Shown here piece after piece: positions 32,621-40,350 of a DNA stretch of 40,350 nt. This stretch comes from Scenedesmus sp. PABB004 (taxonomy: Eukaryota). Below the pieces are notes generated by a model. It had not been told where the DNA came from. It did not search any database and saw nothing but the letters and a program-made list of their open reading frames with translations. The DNA lies in contig JABVCE010000018.1 of NCBI GenBank assembly GCA_014905635.1, positions 744,001 to 784,350 on the forward strand, written 5' to 3'. The translations under genes and the position numbers were made by a program. The stretch's first letter is position 1; each line of letters starts with the position of its first letter.

Positions 32621-35600
32621 GCAGCAGCAGGCAGACCAGCTGCTGGCGCCCTCGGGCGGCGCGCAGCACTCTGGGCACGTTCCAGTCGGTCCTGCGGGGT
32701 GGTTCCGCCAAGGCCAAGTGGGTGGTGTGGTGGCTGTGGCGCCACGGCCTGGCGCGGACCGCGTGCGCCGCTCGCCCCGCTGGGCCAGGCCTCACGGCGC
32801 TCGCCCGCCCACGTCACTCGCAGGGCCGCGGCGCCCACAACCTCCCTCGTGGCGCCAACAGCAGCCGCCAGGCGGCGGCGATGGCGCCGCCAGCGCGGGG
32901 CGCGGCAGTGGGGCGCGGCGTGGCGCTGGACTACCCGCACGCGCTGGGGCCGCCGGCGGCGCCGACGGCGCGCGAGCGGAGTGCGTGGCACCCGGGGGGG
33001 GGGGGGGGCACGCTGCCGCCGCGGCGCTCGCGCCTAGGCGCGCCGCCTTTGCTCGCGCGCCCTCACACACCTCTGCTGCCGCGCTGCGCAGGCGTGTACG
33101 AGCAGCACCAGTACAAGGAGCCGCCGAAGCACCAAACGGCTGTGGCCAAGTACAAGGCGGAGCTGCCGCTGCAGCAGCAGCAGCAGTGGGGGCAGAAGCT
33201 GGTGCTGGCGCCCTCCCAGCCGCTCAAGGGGCTTGCCGGTCTGAGCAGCGCCGGCGCCGGCACGGAGGGCTGGTGAGCTGCCAAGGCACCTGCTGCGCGC
33301 AGCGGCCTGTGCAGCATGCAGCCACCCCGCCCGCGTCTGAGCGGGCTGCGGCCGCGCCTGCTGCGCAGGAGCGTGGCGGCCAAGTGCAGCAAGTGCGGGG
33401 GCCCCCTGCCGTCGAGCAGCATCGCGCACGCGCACAGCCAGGTCTGCGGCAAGTGCAGCGTGCCGCCGGGACGCGTGGAGGTGAGAGCAGCGGCGCGGCG
33501 GCACAATCGCAGGCGGGCGCTGCTTGGGCGCTCCTGCACACACGGGGCGTGCCCGCTGCACCCCCGCAGGCCGCCCCGCTGCGCTCAGACAAGGTGCCCG
33601 CGCAGGCCCCGGCGCGCGCGGGCGGCAGCGCAGCTGGGGGCGCCAGCAAGCGTGGCAGCGCCAACGCGCGGTTGAGCAGGCACGGCAGCAAGGTGGGCGT
33701 GTGCCGCGGCGCGCCGCAAGCGCGGGGCCGGGCGGGCGCGGCTGAGACGGCGCGGCGCGGCACGCAGGACACGCCGATCACCATCGGCGACAGCGACGAC
33801 GACGGCGACGACGGCGGCGCGCCCGAGCTGGCACAGCAGGAGGACGGCGCGGCGCGGCGGCGCAGCGCGCGCATCAGCGTCGACATCGGCCCCGGCGCGG
33901 CCATCAAGTTTGCGGTGCGTGCCCGCGCACCACGCGCGTCGCGCAGCGTGCCACGTGGGCGCCGCGCCGCGTGCCTGGCCGAGCCCACGCGTCGCGCCGG
34001 CGCCGCAGGGCCTGGCGGCGCTGTTCCCGCCTGGCGGCGGCCGCGGCGCGGTGCGCGTGACGCCGGACGACCTGGCGCGGCTCGACCCGGACGAGTTCCT
34101 GAACGACACGGTCATTGACTACGCGCTCAAGTGAGGGGGGGGGGGGGGCAGGGGCGCAGCGGACGGGCGTGGCACGCGTGCAATGGCCCCGCCGCTGCGC
34201 GCAGGCGTCTGGAGAGCTCGCTGCCGGCGGGCGAGGCGGGGCGGTGGCACTTTTTCAACTCCTTCTTCTTCAAGAAGCTCACCGAGCGCGACACAGGCGC
34301 CGCCAAGCCGCCCGGCAAGGCCGCCGCCGCGCAGCGCAGCCACGCGCGCGTCAAGTCGTGGACCAAGGCGCGCCGCGGCGGGGGGCGGCGGGGTGTGGGG
34401 CGCCCGGCACGGCGGCGGCGCGCGTGCGCCCGGCGCGCCCACTGCCCGCGCTGCCTGCTGCCCGCGTGCGCCGCAGGGTGTGGACATCTTTGGCAAGGAC
34501 TTCCTGGTCGTGCCCATCCACGACGCGCTGCACTGGAGCCTCGCCATCGTCTGCCACCCGCGCCTGCTCGGCGCCGGCGCCGCCGCGACGGCGGGCGCGG
34601 CCCGCACGCCAGCGGGCGCGGCAGCCATCGCGCGCCAGGCGGCGACGACGGCGGGGCCGCCATGGACCGCCGGAGACGCAGCGCCGGCGGCAACGCCCTG
34701 CATCCTGCACCTGGACAGCATGGCAGGTGCGGTGCCTCCCCCGCGCGCGACGGGAGCGCTAGGGGGGGGGGCGGTGTGGTGGCTGGTTTCTGCGCGTTTT
34801 GAGTGCTCCCCCGCCACGCGCGCACGCCAGGCGGCCACAACAACGGCAGCCGGCTGGTCGCCCCTGCGCTGCGGACGTACCTGGAGCAGGAGTGGAAGGC
34901 CCGCGCGGAGCGGGAGCGCGCGCCGGCGCAGGCGGACGGCGCGCAGGCGGCAGCACCAGAGGCGCTCGACTTGAGCGGCCAGGTGCGCCGCGCTGCGCGC
35001 GCTGCGCTCACCGCTCGCTGCGCGCGCAGCGCCGCCGCACACGGCCCGGGCCGCCAGCTGCCGTGACGCCCTGCCCGCGCCGCGCGGCCGCGCAGGCGCT
35101 GCCGTTCAAGCGCCTGGCGTGGCTGCCCAAGCAGGACAACCACTGCGACTGCGGGCTGTTTGTGCTGACGTATGCCAGCTTCTTCGCCGCCGCCGCGCCG
35201 CGCGTCATCAGCATCGCCGCGGTTGAGGCCAACAGGAAGGGCACGGGTGCGCATCCCCGACGAGGCCCGGGCGCCGCCGCTCGGCGCGGGGTGCTCCTCG
35301 GCGCAGCGGCGCCGCGCTCGCCCTGCGCCCCCGCCGCGCCGCGACGCCCCCGTCGTGCCTGCGCGCGCCCCGCCGCCGCAGGCGCCCTCTGCGCGCACCA
35401 GCCGCTGCTGCTGAGCGAGGCGTGGTTTGACCCTGCCGTCGCGTCGTGCCTGCGCGCGCGCCTGCGGGCGGACCTGCTGCAGTTCATGGTCGACCAGGCG
35501 CCCGACAAGCACGCCACAGCCGTCGCCGCGGCGGTGGCGGAGGTGGCCGACTACCACGCGGCCGTGGACGCCGCGCGCGCGCGCTGGGAGCAGCAGAAGG

Positions 35601-35897
35601 AGCCCGGAGAGTGAGGCGCCCCGCGCGGCACGCGCCGGCGCTGGCGCTGCGCCGCTGCTGGCCGCGCCGCCCCTGAGCCGCGGCGCGGCCCGCGCCGCGC
35701 GTGGCGCCACAGGCTGAGCCCCGTGTACGCGTACGTGGAGCCTGCCGACTACTGGCCGCGCGTGCACGAGGCGCTGCGGCAGCACCGGCAGCACCTGGCG
35801 CAGCGCAAGCGCGGCGCCGCCGGCGCACGGCGACCAACCGAGGCGGAGCTCGCGCGACAGGAGCACCAGCAGCAGCTGCAGCGCCGCCGGCAGCAGC
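32188..35897 (+). CDS. Ulp1/SENP-family (peptidase C48) SUMO protease, multi-exon; C-terminal exon interrupted by DUF11 cassette copy 2
   Basis: DLARLDPDEFLNDTVIDY, HFFNSFFFKKL, VKSWTK|GVDIFGKDFLVVPIHDALHWSLAIVCHP, CILHLDSM, LRTYLEQEW, LPKQDNHCDCGLFVL: full His-Asp-Cys triad. The last visible exon (from 35713) merges into the cassette at ~35881-35897. Confidence 0.88.
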
Positions 35898-38800
35898 GTG
35901 CGTGCAGCAAGGCATCGCCCGTGCCTGACGCCACAGGATCTGAACCATTCGGGAGACCATAACATCTTCTCGCTTGCCTACGGCGACGGCGTGCTGTGGG
36001 CTGGCCTTGAAAGCGGCACGATGTGGAAGTGCAACTCTAGCGGAACGCAGCGGAACGCAGAGCCGCTAAAAAAAGAGGGAGGCGACCACTCGCCCACTTG
36101 GGCGACCGTGCGGATGCGCCCGCCACTCGGCGCCCACAGTTGCCACGCGCGCGCGCGCCCAGTTGCCACGGCGACAACGCCCAGCAGGCAGCCATGGCCC
36201 GCTTCACTGCTGGCCTGCTCATGACGGGGCTGTGCGTGGCATTCGGCGCCTGCAGCGTGCCTGCGGCGGCAGGCACAGCCGTGGCTATCGGCAGCACAGC
36301 ACGCACGCTGCAGGCCGGCGGCGGCCCGCGCGCGCTGCGGCAGGCGGCCCCCAAAGTCAAAGTCGCCTCGGGATTCAGTGGACTCAGCTGCAAGAGCCCC
36401 TTCACCGAGGACTGCGGCCTGCTGTACACGCCTAGTAAGGCTGACTTTACAGACAATGCCAATATTATCAGATCGGTGCTGGTCGCCGATGGCTTTGTTT
36501 TTGTCTTGACGCAGAACGGCCTGATGTCGCGGTGCACCCAGCTCACGCCTGACCCTACCGCATGCGTCAATTTCAACGCGCTCAAGAAGACCCCCTACGG
36601 TGCCATGAGCTACCTGCGCCAGGGCTACATCATCGCAGCCGCTGGCAATGACATGGTGGGCGGCGCGCCGGCAGCGCGCCGGCGCTCTCGAGTGTGGCCG
36701 CGCGACGCGCGCAAAGCATGCGGCACACCGCCGCCACGTGTCGCGCCGCAACGCTCGCTCGGGCAGGTTGTATGCAGCACCATGTATGCCAATGGCTGCA
36801 CGCTCATCAACCAGTGCGGCGACGAAACCACCTACACGTCCCTTCTGGTGGCGAACAACCGCATCTATGCTGGTGAGCCGCCGCGGCTTCAGTGAGCCAC
36901 GGGCAGGCACCCTGTTGCTGCAGCGCGCCACTGCGCGCCGTGTTGCCACCCATGCTCAGTGCAGGCCGGCGCGCCGCGCCGGCCGGGCCAGCGGGCGCCG
37001 GCTGGGGACGGGCCGCCGCGCGCGAGGCTGACCACCTGTTTCGCTGCACTCGATGCAGGCCTGTCGTCTGGCACCATGTGGTCGTGCGACGCGGGGGGGG
37101 AGGGGTCGGATCCACAGCCCAACAGCTGCACGGTGCGGGCATGGCGCCGCTTTGGCTCGAACAGCCGGGCCCCGGCTATGCACACCCTTTGCATCCAGCC
37201 ATACCGGCGCGGCAGCCACGCCGCGCCGCCGGCAGCAGCGTGCGTGCAGCAAGGCATCGCCCGTGCCTGACGCCACAGGATCTGAACCATTCGGGAGACC
37301 ATAACATCTTCTCGCTTGCCTACGGCGACGGCGTGCTGTGGGCTGGCCTTGAAAGCGGCACGATGTGGAAGTGCGGCGCGCGCGCACACGCTCCTCTCTC
37401 GCACACCGTAGTGACGCTGACCGCGTCCAACCGCCGCGCAGGTGCGACCCCAACACTCGCAACAGCTGCCAGCGATACAACAAAGCGGGCAGCGCCATTT
37501 ACTCACTGCTGCTCACCAATGGAGTGTTGCTTGCTGGCCTTGAAGGCGGCCAAATGTGGAAGTGAGCCCGTTGATGCTGGGAGAGGCTCTTTGTCTTTGT
37601 CTTTTTTGGGAGAGGCCCCCAGGGGGGGGGGGGGGGGCGTCCGCCGGCCACAGTCAGGCTCGGGCGCTAGACGGACGCGCTGCTCTGCTGCACCCCCCGT
37701 TGTTACACCCGCCGCTGACGCCACCACCGGCCCTTGCCAGGTGCCTGTTGGACCAGCCCGACTCCTGCGACCGTTTGAACAAGTTCGGGGACACAATTTT
37801 CCAGTTAATCCAGCTGCCCAACGACGCCTCCACCATCTACGCCAGCACCGACAAGAGCGTGTATCGCTGCCCTGTGGCAACGCCCGATAGCTGCGATTTG
37901 GTCGCCACAACAGACGGGACAAAGAAAAGACGCGTGTACTTCTTGTCAGTTGCTAATGGTGCGCGTGACGTGTTGCGCGCGCTGCCAGCTCTTGGCCTTG
38001 CACGCGCCCAGCCGTTGGGCACAACTGCGTCGCTGCAGACGACACTGCCAGAGCGGTCAACGAGCAAGCATGCCGCCTCGCTGCGCGCAGGCGTCACATT
38101 CTATGCTGGATCTATTGACTGGGTGTACTGGGTAGTGGTCAGCCGCACGTGCGCGCAGTGTACTGCGCCCACGTGCGGCACATTCTATGCCGACGGCAGC
38201 CGCTACGCCTGTAGACCCGGCTCCAAGTACAACCCAAGCCAGGCGTCCAACCCCAATCCCAACCAGCAGACATGCTGCGTGAGTGACGGCCGGGCGCAGC
38301 TGCGTTGTGCTACTGCGGTCGGCAGCTGCTGCGGCTGAGAGCTGTTGCGGCTGGCAGGACAGCCTGCTAGCGCGCCTGCACAACCAGCGCTCGTGCCAGC
38401 CCTGAGCTCACGCGCGTGTGCTGCTGCCGCCCTGCCGCGCCGCAGACGGCGGTTGTCCCCAGCCGCGACCTGGACGTCTCCATTGCCAAGAGCGGCCCCA
38501 CCGATCCGCAGGTGGTTGGCACCGACTTTGACTTCACGCTCACGGTGCGCGTGGAGAAGGGCAGCAGCGGCGCCAACGACGTCCACGTCACCGACACGCT
38601 GCCCGCGGGGCTAGTGATGGTGTCCGCCAAGCCCGACAAGGGTAACTGCTTCTTCTTGAGCGCTAGTCATGGTGGCGGCTCGTGGCCCGGTTTCACCACA
38701 ATCACCTGCGACATCGGCGCCATGTCGCTGGCGGAGACGGTGTTTGTCAGCGTGCGCGTCAGGCCCATCGCCGCGGGCTCGTGGACCAACGTCGCCACGG

Positions 38801-40350
38801 TCAACGCGACCGGCGACACCAACCCGAGCAACAACCAGGCCAACAGCACCGTGCAGGTTGCCTGCCGGTCGTGCAACTCGTCCGAACTCTGCGGTAGCTT
38901 CAGTGACGGCTGCGGCGGCACCATCAATTGCACCTGCCCGGCGAGCGCGCCGTACTGCCACCAGCTGCAGCCGAGGCGGGCGGGCTATTGCTCGATCGAG
39001 CCCTTTACTACCAAGCTCAGTGTTGCGGTCCGGAAGACTGGCCCCGCGACAGACCAGATCGTGGGCGAAGCGTTCAACTTTGCGCTGCTGGTCAGTATTG
39101 TGAGCGGCACAAAGGGCGCCACCTCGGTCGTGCTCGTCGACACGCTGCCAACCGGCCTGGAGCTGGTGGAGGTCAAGCCGGGTGGGCAGCGCCCGGCGGC
39201 GGACGGGGCGTGGGCAGCGCAGGCGGCGGCCGCGCCGCCGGCGCCGCCAGCCGGCGCGGGCGCGGCGCTCATGGGGCAGGACTGCTGCCGCGCGCAGACA
39301 CGGGCTGCACCGTGGACTACCCAAGCATTTCGTGCGAGCTGGGCCCGATGGTGCTGGGCGAGTCCAAGGTCGTCACCGTGACCGCCAAGACAGCGCGGGT
39401 CGGCACCTACAACAACGCGGCTGCCGTGAGCGCCACCGACGGCTTCAAAACCAGCAACGACACGTCGCAAGCCAGCGTGACGGTCGTCCGGGTGCGCTCG
39501 CCCTCAGAGCGCGGCCTCGTGCGCAGGGGCCTTAGGGTGCGGGCGCCCCTCACTGCCGCACCACATTAGGTTCTAACGCACCTCGCTCCGCGCTTACAGG
39601 ACCCCGCCGACGACGCCGACATGTCAATCGCCAAGAGCGTGTCATCGCCGTCGGTGCTGATCAGCAACCAGGTCACGTACACCATCACCGCCACCAACGT
39701 GGGCGCCGCCACAGCCACGGGCGTGATCGTGAACGACACGCTGCCGGCCGGGCTCGCGTTCGCGACGCCCCTGCCAGCAGGTGCGCCGGGTGGGGCGGGG
39801 GGCTCAGGCTTGTAATCCAGCCGCTGGCTGGGCCGCGCAGCGGCTGGGCGCGCGCGGCTGCCCCCCCCCCCCCACCCCTCGGCGCGCAGCTTGCTGGCGC
39901 CAACCACCTGGCTGCCGGCGCTTACGGCGTGGCGCGCGCTGCTCGCGCACGCAGGCTGCTCCCAACGCGCGCAGGTGCTCATGTGTGGTCCCAGCAGCGT
40001 GGCCGCTGGTGACAAGCTCACGTACCTGGTGCCGGTCAAGGCCATTGCAGTGGGGCAGCTGGAACAACTCTGCGCGTGTGTCTGCCGACAACGATGTCAA
40101 CCCATACAACAACGGCCCCCGTGGTTGCGCCCGTCACGGTCACCCGCACGTGCGCGCAGTACTATGCAGACGGCAGCCGCTACGCCTGCAGCCCCGGCTC
40201 CAAGTACAACCCAAGCCAGGCGTCCAACCCCAACCCCAGCCAGCAGGCGTGCTGCGTGAGTGGCGGCCGGCGCAGCTGCATTGTGCTGCTGCGGTTGGCA
40301 GCTGCTGCGGCTGAGAGCTGCTGCGGCTGAGAGCTGTTGCGGCTGGCAGG
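35881..40350 (+). repeat. Second copy of the DUF11 cassette (corresponds to ~10363-14837), offset ~25.5 kb
   Basis: Near-identical to copy 1 including introns and the gtgc|aactctag junction (36032/36033); a more divergent patch lies at ~39156-39787. Confidence 0.97.
36194..40350 (+). CDS. Secreted DUF11/Cys-rich multidomain protein, copy 2 (runs off window)
   Basis: Same ATG context and exons as the gene at 10675; the G8 run at 37093-37100 keeps the exon in frame (CDAGGEGSDPQPNSCT); two single-base homopolymer insertions near 40052 and 40116. Confidence 0.8.

Noticed and set aside
40045..40125. Frameshifts suggesting copy 2 is a pseudogene
   Set aside because: Both are +1 in short homopolymers near the window end and are more likely consensus errors; cannot be decided without reads.
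1..40350. Hundreds of long Ala/Arg/Pro/Gly-rich ORFs (e.g. 8322-9902 +, 34127-35965 -, 29526-30938 -)
   Set aside because: Expected from stop-codon scarcity at very high GC; they are antisense or off-frame shadows of spliced genes and carry no motifs.

Overview
Very GC-rich, intron-dense eukaryotic DNA with short GC-rich introns (several with GC-AG ends) and TGTAA poly(A) signals, typical of a chlorophyte green alga; the raw ORF track is mostly noise and real genes have to be spliced by hand. Left to right: (1) a multi-exon Kyakuja-Dileera-Zisupton (KDZ)-type transposase (+), a ~185-bp tandem repeat, and a convergent zinc-ribbon/Ulp1-like protease gene (-), probably one KDZ element; (2) the 3' half of a HESO1/MUT68-like terminal nucleotidyltransferase (-), cut at ~10200; (3) a ~10-kb gene for a secreted protein with a Cys-bridged propeller-like region, 8 DUF11 Ig-like domains and GACC/knottin-like Cys repeats, preceded by a duplicate of one of its own internal segments; (4) two outward-facing TGTAA+microsatellite tails and an isolated Argonaute MID/PIWI fragment ending in a C-rich tract; (5) an ordinary-looking block: multi-pass membrane protein (-), RimO (-) head-to-head with an in-frame MtnA-MtnK fusion (+), and a Ulp1/SENP SUMO protease (+); (6) a second, near-identical DUF11 cassette that interrupts the SUMO protease's last visible exon and runs off the window. 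Family calls come from motif recognition, not database searches; exon coordinates were read manually.
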